Below, in pieces: positions 29,050 through 39,506 of a DNA stretch of 64,000 nucleotides. The notes below the pieces were generated by a model. That model made no database searches, was not told the origin of the DNA, and saw only the letters and a program-made list of their open reading frames with translations. The first letter of the stretch is position 1. The number at the start of each line of letters is the position of its first letter. Source of the DNA: Candidatus Dojkabacteria bacterium (GTDB lineage: Bacteria > Patescibacteriota > Dojkabacteria > SC72); contig DAOOVU010000001.1 of assembly GCA_035370505.1 (NCBI GenBank), positions 17,109-81,108 on the forward strand, given 5' to 3'. The position numbers and the translations under genes were made by a program.

Positions 29050-29520
29050 ATGAGAGGAAAAAGAGCTAAAAGAAAGACGCAAAAAGTTGACAGGAAATAC
29101 GGTAGTCCAATAATTGGAAGATTTGTTACTAAGGTTATGCAGGATGGAAAAAAGAGTGTTGCAGAAGACCTAGTGTATTCTGCAGTTGAAAATGGAGCAA
29201 ATACCGTAAAAGAAAAGGACGTAGTTACATTTGTAAATAAAGCGGTTGACAATGTCAGACCATCTCTGGAAATAAAAGCTAGGAGAGTTGGTGGAGCAAA
29301 CTATCAAGTTCCTATGCCTGTTTCTCCAAGAAGACAGGAAACACTCGCAGTGAGGTGGATAGTTGAAGTTTCTAGAAATAAGGGTGGAAAGTCATTTGAT
29401 AAAATATTGATGGAAGAACTGGTTAGTGCATATAAGGGAGAGGGAGATGCCGTGAAAAAGAAGGAAGAAACTGAGAGAATGGCTGAAGCAAACAAGGCTT
29501 TTGCACATTTCAGGTGGTAA
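29050..29520 (+). CDS. rpsG: 30S ribosomal protein S7
   Basis: MQDGKKS, RRVGGANYQVP, MAEANKAFAHFRW. Confidence 0.98.
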   Translation: MRGKRAKRKTQKVDRKYGSPIIGRFVTKVMQDGKKSVAEDLVYSAVENGANTVKEKDVVTFVNKAVDNVRPSLEIKARRVGGANYQVPMPVSPRRQETLAVRWIVEVSRNKGGKSFDKILMEELVSAYKGEGDAVKKKEETERMAEANKAFAHFRW

Positions 29521-29528
29521 GATTAATC

Positions 29529-30470
29529 CTATTTTGTGCTTTCAATTCTTTCCCATCCACCCTTTGGCATACCTTTTCTAAGAATTTTTTGTTGCCACCA
29601 AATTACTATCCAAGTAATTAATCTCATAGGAAATAATTGCAGAGACCACCAGAACTGTTTGATACTTTTTGCATACCTTAAAACGAAGAAGGTATATTTT
29701 AATTCAATAAAGAAACTTCTTGATTGTTTATCCCTCTTAAATACTCCAATTCTCTTAAGTTGAGAAAATCCTCCAAGGGATCTTGCTTTCTGCTTGAGAT
29801 AATCTTTAAAGTTTGTGGGATATTTGACATAGCATACAGCTTCAGGTGCATATCCTATTTCTTTGCCAATGTTCCTTATGGCATATGAAATATATGCATC
29901 ATCAGACAGTACATCTCTTGGTATCTTAATGTCATAATTCCTCATGGCCATAATATATCCACTCATTGGGAAAAAAGTATCTTTGCTTACATAATAGTCC
30001 TTTCCTTCTACTTTATTCATAAGTTTTGTCCTTCTGTGATGTGCTGAGTCCGAGAGTAGATGTCCCCAATATGAATATTTATCAATTATTGGATCTCCCG
30101 ACATTGGTCTTCCACTTACTCCCCCAATGCTATCATTCTCAAATGGTTCTAGAAGTTTTTTTACAGCATTTCTTTCAAAATATGTATCTCCATCTGTTAG
30201 TATTACGATATCTCCTTTCGCCTTTTTTAAAGCCATTCTTAAAGCATATGGCTTTCCTTTTTTTGGATCCTTTATTTGTATAAATTGTTTTTTTGATAGC
30301 TTTAGCTTATTAGCCTCTTTTTTACCAGCTCTTAATGTAAGAGTATCAGGAGATACTTGAATGATCTCAAATGGTGATTTAATACCAGAATATTTTTTGT
30401 TGGCAACAGAAGAAATACACCTACCAATAGTTTTTGGCTCTTTGAAAGATACTATGATTACACTGACCAT
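29529..30470 (-). CDS. Glycosyltransferase family 2
   Basis: MVSVIIVSFKE, GKPYAL, ILTDGD (DxD), LSDDAYIS, QKAR (QxxRW-like). Start moved to ATG 30470 to avoid overlap with rplY. Confidence 0.88.
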   Translation of the reverse strand: MVSVIIVSFKEPKTIGRCISSVANKKYSGIKSPFEIIQVSPDTLTLRAGKKEANKLKLSKKQFIQIKDPKKGKPYALRMALKKAKGDIVILTDGDTYFERNAVKKLLEPFENDSIGGVSGRPMSGDPIIDKYSYWGHLLSDSAHHRRTKLMNKVEGKDYYVSKDTFFPMSGYIMAMRNYDIKIPRDVLSDDAYISYAIRNIGKEIGYAPEAVCYVKYPTNFKDYLKQKARSLGGFSQLKRIGVFKRDKQSRSFFIELKYTFFVLRYAKSIKQFWWSLQLFPMRLITWIVIWWQQKILRKGMPKGGWERIESTK

Positions 30471-30486
30471 AAGAAACGATAATATG

Positions 30487-31152
30487 TTATTCTTCTTTCT
30501 TTGCCTCTTCCTGAGTTCCCTCTGCAGGTGTTTCTGCTTCGGCTGTTTCTCCTTCTGCAGCTGTCTCCTCTTCAGGAGCTGTTTGTACAACTTCTTCTTC
30601 CTGCATCTCAGTTATTGTTACTACTGTAGCATTTTTAATTTCATCGTTTACAAAGGATATATTTTCAGGAATTTGCAGATTGGAAACGGTTATAGTTTGT
30701 CCAGGATGCTCCAATGAAGAAACATCAACCTCTATGTGTGGAACTAAATCTTTAACTTTGCACTTCACTTCTAAAGAGGGCATAACCTGTACGAGAACAC
30801 CCAAGTTATTCTTAACAGCAGGAGAGATACCAACGATATTGAAAGGAATTGAAAAAACCATCTCTTTAGTTTCATCTATTTCGAAGAATGATATGTGTCG
30901 AATTTCATCGGTTACAGGGTTCATATCTATATCTTTGACTATTACCTTCATATCTTTTCCATCAAGTTGTGCATCTAGAATAGTTGCTGAGGTAGCCTCT
31001 TTCAATATTTTTTTAGCAATTGAGGAGTCTATCATAATTGGTGTTGATTCAGTTTTTGAATTGTATACAACTGCAGGAGTTTTTCCCTCTTTTAGGAGGA
31101 CCTTAGCCTTCTTTTCCTTAGGATTTCTCTTTTCGAATGATATCTTTTCCAT
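30487..31152 (-). CDS. rplY: 50S ribosomal protein L25/Ctc
   Basis: EGKTPAVVY, PVTDEIRHISF, IEVDVSSLEHPGQTITV, acidic tail. Confidence 0.93.
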   Translation of the reverse strand: MEKISFEKRNPKEKKAKVLLKEGKTPAVVYNSKTESTPIMIDSSIAKKILKEATSATILDAQLDGKDMKVIVKDIDMNPVTDEIRHISFFEIDETKEMVFSIPFNIVGISPAVKNNLGVLVQVMPSLEVKCKVKDLVPHIEVDVSSLEHPGQTITVSNLQIPENISFVNDEIKNATVVTITEMQEEEVVQTAPEEETAAEGETAEAETPAEGTQEEAKKEE

Positions 31153-31188
31153 GAGTTATTCAGTAATAGTGATTATTTATGTGTGGTG

Positions 31189-31217
31189 AGTATACCAAAT
31201 TTGAAAGAGCAGAGCAA
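31189..31217 (-). promoter_or_regulatory. rplY promoter
   Basis: Minus strand TTGCTC-17 nt-TATACT with TG extension. Confidence 0.55.
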
Positions 31218-31276
31218 GACGTAGTAATAGCTAAGAAAGAAGTAAAGATCATTGTTAAAAATTTTAATTTTAGTAC

Positions 31277-31331
31277 TTGACAGTATGTTTTCTATTAAAT
31301 ATACTTAGCAGATAATCTTATTCTCTGCTAA
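31277..31331 (+). promoter_or_regulatory. hrcA promoter with variant CIRCE operator
   Basis: TTGACA(31277)-17-TATACT(31300); TTAGCAGAT-N9-CTCTGCTAA at 31305-31331, 1 nt before the ATG. Confidence 0.85.
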
Positions 31332-31332
31332 T

Positions 31333-32058
31333 ATGGATCTTACAGAAAGACAGAAGGAGATACTTTTGGCCATAATCCATGAATTTATGGAAGAGCCAGA
31401 AGAAGTTGGTTCTTTATCGCTCGTTGAAAAGTATAATCTAGGAGTAAGTTCGGCCACGATACGAAATGAAATGGTAAAATTGATGAGATTGGGACTGTTG
31501 GAAAAAAGTCATGTATCATCAGGAAGACTTCCTACAGACCAAGCCATCAGATTCTATGTTTCCGAAGTTCTTCGTGACGGGAAGCTAAATCCATTGATAT
31601 CTGTTGAAATTCGTCAAGGAATTTTTCGAGATAGATTTTCTAAAGATACGGTGATTAACTCGATTTTGGAAATAGTTTCTAAAGAGGCAGAGTCATTGGT
31701 TTTCATAATTTTGGATGAGGAAGTTAGATACTATGGAATGTCAAATATATTGAAATATGACGAGTTTAAAGATGTAGACAAAATAGCAACGATATTTGAC
31801 ATACTCGAGGACAAAAGCTTCCTTTTAAATCTGGCTGAAAAGTATTCTAGTTCAGGTGTTTCCCTGCTCATTGGAAGTGAGCTTGGAGTTGAGAATATGT
31901 CAGAGTGTGCTTTGGCTTTCACAAAAATTCCCTTCTGGGACACTGAAAAAGCATATGTAGGAATAATAGGATCTAAGAGAATGGATTATTCGAAAATAAT
32001 ACCTATACTGGATGAGGTCAGAAATTCACTGGTATCATCCATGGCTGGGTGGAATTAA
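31333..32058 (+). CDS. hrcA: Heat-inducible transcription repressor HrcA (short form)
   Basis: LTERQKEIL, VGS, VSSATIRNEM, HVSSGRLPT, IIGSKRMDY; heads grpE-dnaK. Confidence 0.94.
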   Translation: MDLTERQKEILLAIIHEFMEEPEEVGSLSLVEKYNLGVSSATIRNEMVKLMRLGLLEKSHVSSGRLPTDQAIRFYVSEVLRDGKLNPLISVEIRQGIFRDRFSKDTVINSILEIVSKEAESLVFIILDEEVRYYGMSNILKYDEFKDVDKIATIFDILEDKSFLLNLAEKYSSSGVSLLIGSELGVENMSECALAFTKIPFWDTEKAYVGIIGSKRMDYSKIIPILDEVRNSLVSSMAGWN

Positions 32059-32075
32059 TTTAATAGTGTTTTAGT

Positions 32076-32606
32076 ATGACTAAAGATGGTCGAAAAAAAA
32101 TTGAAAAGAATTCAAAAGAGAAAGAGCTGGAGGAGAAACTAAGGCAGTTGGCATTGGATATAGATAAGGTTGAAGATGAGAAGCTGGAGATACAGAATCA
32201 ATTGAAGAAGGCTTTAGCGGATTACCATAACCTGCTTAGGGATGTTGGAAAGAGGCAGGAGTTACAGTTCTTTCAATTGAAGAAGACATTGTGTGAAGAT
32301 GTTATACCATCTCTTGATGCCATATATCTTGCGATAAAAAGCGGAGAAGAGATGAAGCTTGGTGAAAAAGAGAAGGCATGGATGGATGGGATAGCAGGAA
32401 TATTAGAAAATTTAGAAAAATCTTTTGAAAGGATAGGATTGAAACAATATTGGCCTCAAAAAGGCGAAAACTTTGATAGCTCTGTGCATGAGGCTGTCGC
32501 TGTTGTCGAGCAAGGAGAAAGCGGGAAAATATTTGATGTTTTACAACCTGGGTACACTCTTGATGACACAGTGATAAGACAGGCCAGAGTTGTGGTATCG
32601 AAATAA
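32076..32606 (+). CDS. grpE: Nucleotide exchange factor GrpE
   Basis: ALADYHN, GENFDSSVHEAV, LQPGYTLDDTVIRQARVVV. Confidence 0.94.
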   Translation: MTKDGRKKIEKNSKEKELEEKLRQLALDIDKVEDEKLEIQNQLKKALADYHNLLRDVGKRQELQFFQLKKTLCEDVIPSLDAIYLAIKSGEEMKLGEKEKAWMDGIAGILENLEKSFERIGLKQYWPQKGENFDSSVHEAVAVVEQGESGKIFDVLQPGYTLDDTVIRQARVVVSK

Positions 32607-32629
32607 TATAAATTTTTAATTGTACAAAT

Positions 32630-34531
32630 ATGGGAAAAATAATAGGAATAGATCTTGGAACAACAAATTCTGCGATGGCATATATGGAAGGCGGAAAGCC
32701 TAATATTATTGCTAATTCACAAGGAGGGAGATTAACTCCTTCTGTTGTTGCTGTAGATGATAAAGGAGAGATTTTGGTTGGAACTCCAGCCAAGAATCAG
32801 GCGATTATGAATCCTGAAGGAACTATCTACTCTGTGAAGAGATTGATAGGAAGAAGTTGGGATGATCCAGAAGTTGAAAAGGACAAGAAATTGCTTCCTT
32901 TTGAGATGAGAAAAGCATCTAACGGAGGAATTGAAGTGAAGATGGGTGATAAGTGGTACACTCCACAGGAGATTTCTGCAAAGATACTTGGAAAAATGAA
33001 GAAAGATGCTGAAGACTTTTTAGGAGAAAAAGTTACAGAGGCTGTGATAACGGTACCTGCATATTTTGATGATTCGCAGAGACAGGCTACAAAAGATGCT
33101 GGGAAAATAGCTGGACTTGATGTCAAGAGAATAGTCAATGAGCCTACTGCAGCTGCTTTAGCATATGGTATTGGTAAAGGTAAAGACGAGAAGGTTGCCG
33201 TTTTTGATCTAGGTGGAGGAACATTTGATATCTCAATACTAGAAATAGGAGATGGTGTTTTTGAGGTTCTGTCAACAAATGGAGATACACATCTTGGAGG
33301 TGATGACTTTGATCAAGTGATAATTGACTATCTTGCAGAGCAGTTTAAGAATAAGGAGGGATTTGATTTGAGGAGTGATAGAACAGCGTTGCAGAGGCTA
33401 AGAGAAGCCGCAGAAAAAGCTAAAATAGAGCTTTCAACAACAGAGGAAACAGAAGTAAATGTTCCGTACATAACTGCGACAGACAAAGGGCCTAAGCATC
33501 TGAAGGAAAAGTTAACAAGATCTCAGCTTGAGAAATTAACTGCTGATTTAATTGCAAAAACAGTTGAACCATGTGAAAAAGCATTGAAGGATGCAAAATT
33601 AAGTAAGAAAGATATTGATGAGGTTCTTTTAGTTGGAGGAATGACCAGAATGCCGGCTGTCCAGAAGAAAGTATCTGAAATATTTGGGAAAGAGCCAAGT
33701 AAAGGTGTTAACCCAGATGAAGTAGTTGCTTTAGGAGCGGCAATACAAGGAGGTGTTCTAGGTGGTGATGTAAAAGATATTACACTTCTTGATGTTACTC
33801 CATTGTCTTTAGGTTTAGAGACTCTAGGAGGTGTAATGACAAAACTCATAGAGAGAAATACAACAATACCTGTGGAGAAGAAGCAAATCTTTTCAACAGC
33901 TGCAGATAATCAACCCGCTGTAGAAATACATGTTCTTCAAGGAGAAAGGGAAATGGCTGATGACAATAAGACTCTTGGCAGATTCATACTTGATGGAATA
34001 GCACCAGCACCTCGAGGTGTTCCTCAGATTGAGGTAACATTTTCGATAGATGCAAATGGTATTTTGAATGTAAAAGCTGTTGACTTAGCTACGAAGAAGG
34101 AGCAGAAAATCACAATAACTGCATCTACAGGCTTAACAGAAGAGGAGATAAACAGAATGGTAGAGGAAGCTGCTAAGAATGCTGAAGAGGATAAAAAGAA
34201 GAAAGAAAGGGCTGAGAAGAGAAATAATGCAGATACTTTGTCGTTTAGTGCATTGAAATTTGTAGAGGAGAATGGTGATAAAATTGATGAGGCACAGAAG
34301 GAAGATATAAAGAAAAAGGCGGAGGAACTTAAAGAAATGATTTCGAAAGACGACTTTGATACTGAAGAAGTAGAGAAGAAATCTGAGGAATTAAGCAAAG
34401 TTATGCAGGAGGCAGGAAAGAAGATGTATGAAAATGCCTCTAAAGAGTCTGCTTCTCAATCAGATTCTTCTGGCAAATCAAAGGATGATGAAAAGAAAGA
34501 TGATGTGAAAGAAGGAGAAGTAGTCGAGTAA
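32630..34531 (+). CDS. dnaK: Chaperone DnaK
   Basis: [41 protein letters not shown]. Confidence 0.99.
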   Translation: MGKIIGIDLGTTNSAMAYMEGGKPNIIANSQGGRLTPSVVAVDDKGEILVGTPAKNQAIMNPEGTIYSVKRLIGRSWDDPEVEKDKKLLPFEMRKASNGGIEVKMGDKWYTPQEISAKILGKMKKDAEDFLGEKVTEAVITVPAYFDDSQRQATKDAGKIAGLDVKRIVNEPTAAALAYGIGKGKDEKVAVFDLGGGTFDISILEIGDGVFEVLSTNGDTHLGGDDFDQVIIDYLAEQFKNKEGFDLRSDRTALQRLREAAEKAKIELSTTEETEVNVPYITATDKGPKHLKEKLTRSQLEKLTADLIAKTVEPCEKALKDAKLSKKDIDEVLLVGGMTRMPAVQKKVSEIFGKEPSKGVNPDEVVALGAAIQGGVLGGDVKDITLLDVTPLSLGLETLGGVMTKLIERNTTIPVEKKQIFSTAADNQPAVEIHVLQGEREMADDNKTLGRFILDGIAPAPRGVPQIEVTFSIDANGILNVKAVDLATKKEQKITITASTGLTEEEINRMVEEAAKNAEEDKKKKERAEKRNNADTLSFSALKFVEENGDKIDEAQKEDIKKKAEELKEMISKDDFDTEEVEKKSEELSKVMQEAGKKMYENASKESASQSDSSGKSKDDEKKDDVKEGEVVE

Positions 34532-34560
34532 ATTTCTTCTTGAGTCCTGACTTCTTTATG

Positions 34561-34591
34561 ACAAGGGAGGTATTGGCCTCCCTTGTTTTTT
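34561..34591 (+). terminator. Intrinsic terminator after dnaK
   Basis: ACAAGGGAGG-TATTGG-CCTCCCTTGT followed by a T run. Confidence 0.85.
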
Positions 34592-34637
34592 GTGTTACCA
34601 TTTACTGATTGTAAATAATATGTTGATCTGCCCTAAC

Positions 34638-36929
34638 ATGTCTGATAATCAGAAAAGAGGTTTTCTTAAGAACTTTAGTATAGTTAAAGCTGAAAGATTA
34701 TTGTTATGCATTCTCCTTTTTATACTTCCATTAGCGGTTGTTCCATTATCTTGGGATTGGAATGAGAGACCTATGTCTTTGTGTATTTTGCTATTTACTA
34801 CAATAATTGCAGGGCTGGAGATAATAAAGCTAATAAAGGAAGGTAAATTTTGTGTGATCAAAACTTCTGTAGATACTGCTGTTTTGCTGTTATGCGGATC
34901 CTATGTACTTTCTACAATTTTTTCACAGGATGTTAATACAAGTTTATGGGGAATAGATCATAGACTTGGAGGTGGATTGATAACTGTTATGTCAGTTGTT
35001 GCATTAACAGTTTTTTCAAGATCATTCATAACTGATGTTAAACATGTAAAAGAGTTGTTTTTTTCGTTTATGGCAGGTATGTTTATCAACAACATACTTA
35101 GTATTTTAGCTTTTCTTGGAGTAAATATTTGGTCTTCCGTGCCTGTCTACAAGAATATGTTTCAAGAAGGTCTACCAATACTTAGATCAGCAAGAATATA
35201 CATTCTTACAAATTTGATAACTCTGTTGCTTTCCTTTGGCTTTATTGGTGAATATTTGATTTTTAAGGGAAAGAAAAGTGTTTTCATGGCTTCCCTTATA
35301 ATTGCGTTGGTCTCAATTATTGGTATTTTAATGTTCTCAATAGTTCAGGGAACTGGTCTAGTTGTACTTTTCTTGGTTTTGTTTGTTCTTATGAATATGT
35401 TCATAATTAAAAAGTTTAAGCTTTCAGAAAAATCGTTTAAGAATATTCTTGTTGTGTTTCTGATTATTACTCTTTCAATATCTATCCCATTTGCATTGAT
35501 GCATATTCCATCATTTAGGGAAAGTAAAATTCCTGATGATTTTAGATTAGTGGGACAAGTATTTTTAGGGAGTGATCTTTCTTGGTCTGTTGCATCTTCT
35601 GTCTTTGTAAAATCATTGTCTACTGCACTACTTGGTCTTGGAATGGATACCTATTCCATTGCTTACAATATGTTTAAGCCAGTTAGTGAAAATCTTCTTG
35701 CATACAACAATGTGACATTTTATTCCGGAGGGAATGAGATCTATACTCAGTTTGCGAATGGAGGATTGGTGTGGCTTTTGTGCTGGGTGATATTTGGGTA
35801 TTCGATATTTAAGTCTGTGTTTTTGGATTTAAGAAAACTCAAATTAAATTCTGGAAAGATAAATACTTGGTATTTGATTGTTGTTGACTCAGTTATGGTC
35901 TTGATATTTTGTTCTTCTTTGTTTACTGCATTTTCTGTTATCAATTTGCTTATCTTATTCTTGATGGTGTCTTTAAGGGGTGTTTTGAAGGATATTTTGA
36001 ATGAAGGAAACGAGGAAAAAGTTGTCATGAGATTATGGGCAGGAAGTGTATCTGGTTCTCCAGAAAAAGGTAATGCAAAGGGAAATTTCCGTGTGTTGTT
36101 AGCCGTTATAGTTGCTGTTGTAGTGGTCCTTATTTCAAGAATTTGGGTTTACAAGGGCATTTCTACTGGATATATGCTAATGGCCGAGTCATACAGGATT
36201 TCTGAAGGAGCAAAATTGACTGATCAGAAGGTATCGTATGAAGATAAAAAGAGTACAGCTGATTCAATAATTAATCATTATACTAATGCTGTTAAATTTG
36301 ATAAAAATAACCCTCTTGCAAACAGGAAACTTGGATTGGCATATATGGATAAAATAGACATAGAGGTGAAAGAGTATCTTAGTGTAGAGGAAGATAAGAG
36401 GAGTCAAGATATAGTGAATGAAGTTAATAAATTAAAAAACTACGCAATAGATACTACGAAAAAAAGTACAGAAATTGCAGGATATGTATATTCCAATTGG
36501 GAAGCTATGTCCAATGTCTATATGGGATTGGTAGGTATGGGTTATGAGGGTTTTGTGTCTGATTGTGTATATTCAATAGAGAAGGCTATATCACTTAATC
36601 CTTCTAATTATGAATTGTATTTTAAAGAAGCACAAATGTATGTCATAGGGAAGGATACTGATAGTGCTTTATCATCGCTTACAAAAGTTTTAGGAATTAA
36701 TCCACAGTATATCCCAGCGTTATATTTGTCTGCCGAATTGAATAAAGAAAAAGGAAGGGAAGATGTTTATGAATCCTATCTTCGTGCTGCAAAGACTATT
36801 CTAGAAACAAATGATGCAACAAATAATGAGGTATACAACGATATTTCTAAAAAGCTTCAGGAACTTGAAAGTTCATCTGTAAACAAGAAACAAGAATCTG
36901 GTACTGAAAAGACAGAAAAAAGTGACTAA
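34638..36929 (+). CDS. Polytopic membrane protein, O-antigen-ligase (Wzy_C)-like, with C-terminal TPRs
   Basis: About 12 TMs, SLWGIDHRLGGG, LLGLGMDTY loop, TPR-like helices (AISLNPSNYELYF, LGINPQYIPALY). Start uncertain (34590/34620/34638). Confidence 0.7.
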   Translation: MSDNQKRGFLKNFSIVKAERLLLCILLFILPLAVVPLSWDWNERPMSLCILLFTTIIAGLEIIKLIKEGKFCVIKTSVDTAVLLLCGSYVLSTIFSQDVNTSLWGIDHRLGGGLITVMSVVALTVFSRSFITDVKHVKELFFSFMAGMFINNILSILAFLGVNIWSSVPVYKNMFQEGLPILRSARIYILTNLITLLLSFGFIGEYLIFKGKKSVFMASLIIALVSIIGILMFSIVQGTGLVVLFLVLFVLMNMFIIKKFKLSEKSFKNILVVFLIITLSISIPFALMHIPSFRESKIPDDFRLVGQVFLGSDLSWSVASSVFVKSLSTALLGLGMDTYSIAYNMFKPVSENLLAYNNVTFYSGGNEIYTQFANGGLVWLLCWVIFGYSIFKSVFLDLRKLKLNSGKINTWYLIVVDSVMVLIFCSSLFTAFSVINLLILFLMVSLRGVLKDILNEGNEEKVVMRLWAGSVSGSPEKGNAKGNFRVLLAVIVAVVVVLISRIWVYKGISTGYMLMAESYRISEGAKLTDQKVSYEDKKSTADSIINHYTNAVKFDKNNPLANRKLGLAYMDKIDIEVKEYLSVEEDKRSQDIVNEVNKLKNYAIDTTKKSTEIAGYVYSNWEAMSNVYMGLVGMGYEGFVSDCVYSIEKAISLNPSNYELYFKEAQMYVIGKDTDSALSSLTKVLGINPQYIPALYLSAELNKEKGREDVYESYLRAAKTILETNDATNNEVYNDISKKLQELESSSVNKKQESGTEKTEKSD

Positions 36930-37630
36930 ACATAATTGGGTTTCCCTCTGAAAAGGCAAAATCCATGTATACTCGTTAATTCTTCGGAGCTATTTTTAAT
37001 GCATGCACCAACACTATTTAATGTACTACCTGTAGTAACAACGTCATCAACGATTATTACATTTTTGTAGCTATTAAGTTTTTCTTTATTTCCTACTGAA
37101 AATTTATCCTTTGAAATAAAATACCTACTTTCCCTATCTTTTAGCGATTGATGCTCATTTGAGAGATCGTTATTTTTAACAATGTCATCTGCATAATCAA
37201 AATTGAATTCCTCTGCCAATATTTCAGCTATGTACTCTGTTTGATTAAAACCCCTTTCTCTTAATCTCCTTTGAGAAATTGGCATGGGTATAACTAAAGT
37301 TCTTGAAAGTTCTTTTGTATAAGAAAAGTCTCTAGAGATTAAAGGGATTAAAACATCAAGAAGAATATTTATATCATATACTCCAGAGTACTTATATTTT
37401 TTTAGAAAAATAGATGATACCTTGTTATATTCCCATCCAGTAAAAACTGAGTCGAAAACAGCATCAGCTCTACACACATCATGAGTTTTGTAATTGCTTG
37501 AAATCCTTCTGCATACATAGCACTCAGGTAAATTCCTCTTAAGTAATTTTTGGCATTTATCACATAAATAACTTCCAGTTTTTCCACATATACAACATGA
37601 CCTTGGATAGAAAATATCTAAAATTCCCAT
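36926..37630 (-). CDS. comF: ComF/ComFC competence protein
   Basis: N-terminal Cys clusters, RRLRERGFNQ, IIVDDVVTTGST PRTase motif. Confidence 0.92.
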   Translation of the reverse strand: MGILDIFYPRSCCICGKTGSYLCDKCQKLLKRNLPECYVCRRISSNYKTHDVCRADAVFDSVFTGWEYNKVSSIFLKKYKYSGVYDINILLDVLIPLISRDFSYTKELSRTLVIPMPISQRRLRERGFNQTEYIAEILAEEFNFDYADDIVKNNDLSNEHQSLKDRESRYFISKDKFSVGNKEKLNSYKNVIIVDDVVTTGSTLNSVGACIKNSSEELTSIHGFCLFRGKPNYV

Positions 37631-37721
37631 TAAAATATAGTACTGAAAAAATCTTAAAAAATAGTGAAATAAAGAAAATTTTGGTATAAACTATGAAGAC
37701 GATCCCAACCTAAATAATTCC

Positions 37722-39506
37722 GTGAAGAAAAGCATGTTTGAGTTTTTGAAGAAAAAAAACAGTGTCTATGTTGTAATGATTCTCCTTTTGATTACTAAGG
37801 TTTTGGGCTTTTTGAAACTTAGAACTATTGCCCAATTGTTTGGTGCAACACATGAATTAGATATCTTCTGGGCTGCCTTTACAATTCCAGATATGCTGTT
37901 TATGATTGTCGCTGCGGGATCTATCAATGCTGCTATTATTCCCATATTTAGTGAACTACTTCATAAAAAAGGGCAGGAAGCTTTGGACAAGTTTTTCAAT
38001 AATTTATGCTTGATTATGAGTTGGACAGTAATAATAATTGCTATTATTTTGTTTACTTTTACTCCGCAGTTAACCAGCCTAATAATTGGTTCTGAAAATA
38101 TACAGAACATGCTTAACTTTTCGAACAGGATAGAAGCAGAGGATTTTAATTTGTTTGTTCAATTGACGAGGATAATGATGATATCCCCAGTATTGTTGAG
38201 TATTAGTACACTGTTAACAGGTTACCTTCAGACTAGAAAAGAATTTTTTATAACATCACTCTCTCCACTTTTCTATGACTTAGCAATGATAATAGGACCA
38301 ATTGTTTTTGTTGCATACATGAAAAATGGAGTGTATGGAATAGCATGGTCTGCAGTATTAGGTTCTTTAGCACATTTTTTGGTGCAAGTTCCTACTTTCA
38401 GAAAGTTCTACAAAGGAAAGTTCTTCTTCTCTTTTAATACCATAAAAGAAGCTGTACACGACTCTCAAGTTTGGAGGACGATAAGACTTGCAGTTCCTAG
38501 GACTATATCAATAGTAGGAGAACAGATAAATGTTGTCGTAAACACATTGATAAGCTTTTCATTGGCACCTGGAGCTCTTAGTGCATATAAATTTGCATTA
38601 AGTCTGCACATGTTTCCAATCAACATTATTGGAAGTGCTGTAGCTCAGGTATCTCTTCCAAATCTTGCCGAAAATTGTGATGATTCTAAGAAGTTTGGAG
38701 AAATATTAAATGAAGCAGTGCAATTTTCTTTGTTTCTTGTTCTTCCGATAGTTGCTGTATTTTTAATATTGAGATTCCCAATAGTAAGACTGGCGTATGG
38801 AACTGGGGCATTTGACTGGAGAGCTACAATCATCACTGCATGGTGCTTAGTACTTCTCTCTCTCTCGATCATAGGGCAGACAATAACTCAAATTCTGCTT
38901 CGTGCATTTTATGCTATAAAAGAGACATGGCTTCCCCTTCTTGCTGTTGCAATTTGTATAGTTATAAATATAGTTCTCGCATTTTGGTTCACAAATTTTT
39001 TTAGCCATTATTACGATTGGAGACCGATTATTAGGCAGATGACTGTGCAGATTTCAGATGCTAATGGTCCTGAGTTTTTTAATGTACTGCATTCATTCTT
39101 TAAGGATGTTTCTGTTTGGTGTTCAACAAGAGGAGATTCAGATATGGCAGTAGGAGGTCTTTCTTTAAGCTTAAGTGTTACATACTTTGTTGAAAGTATA
39201 ATCCTCGGAATATTACTGAATAAAAAGATTAAGATAATTTCTTGGAAGGAGACGATACAACCTGCTCTAGTAAAATTTGTAAATGCAGGATTCATGGCTG
39301 TTGGTATGTATTTCTTGTACAGGTTGTTTGATTTTCAATTAGATACTAGTAGAACGATATCCATATTGATATTGACAGTATGCACGACTCTTTATGGGTG
39401 TGTGTCATATTGGATAGGATGCAAGGTGTTTAACATAAAGGAACTTGAATATTTTGAAAAGCACTTACATTCGCTTAAAAATAGATTATTAAGAAAGGCT
39501 GAATGA
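37722..39506 (+). CDS. murJ: Lipid II flippase MurJ/MviN
   Basis: KVLGFLK, AAFTIPD, GSINAAIIPIF, FPINIIG, GTGAFD, LRAFYAIKET. Start GTG 37722 or ATG 37734. Confidence 0.9.
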   Translation: MKKSMFEFLKKKNSVYVVMILLLITKVLGFLKLRTIAQLFGATHELDIFWAAFTIPDMLFMIVAAGSINAAIIPIFSELLHKKGQEALDKFFNNLCLIMSWTVIIIAIILFTFTPQLTSLIIGSENIQNMLNFSNRIEAEDFNLFVQLTRIMMISPVLLSISTLLTGYLQTRKEFFITSLSPLFYDLAMIIGPIVFVAYMKNGVYGIAWSAVLGSLAHFLVQVPTFRKFYKGKFFFSFNTIKEAVHDSQVWRTIRLAVPRTISIVGEQINVVVNTLISFSLAPGALSAYKFALSLHMFPINIIGSAVAQVSLPNLAENCDDSKKFGEILNEAVQFSLFLVLPIVAVFLILRFPIVRLAYGTGAFDWRATIITAWCLVLLSLSIIGQTITQILLRAFYAIKETWLPLLAVAICIVINIVLAFWFTNFFSHYYDWRPIIRQMTVQISDANGPEFFNVLHSFFKDVSVWCSTRGDSDMAVGGLSLSLSVTYFVESIILGILLNKKIKIISWKETIQPALVKFVNAGFMAVGMYFLYRLFDFQLDTSRTISILILTVCTTLYGCVSYWIGCKVFNIKELEYFEKHLHSLKNRLLRKAE

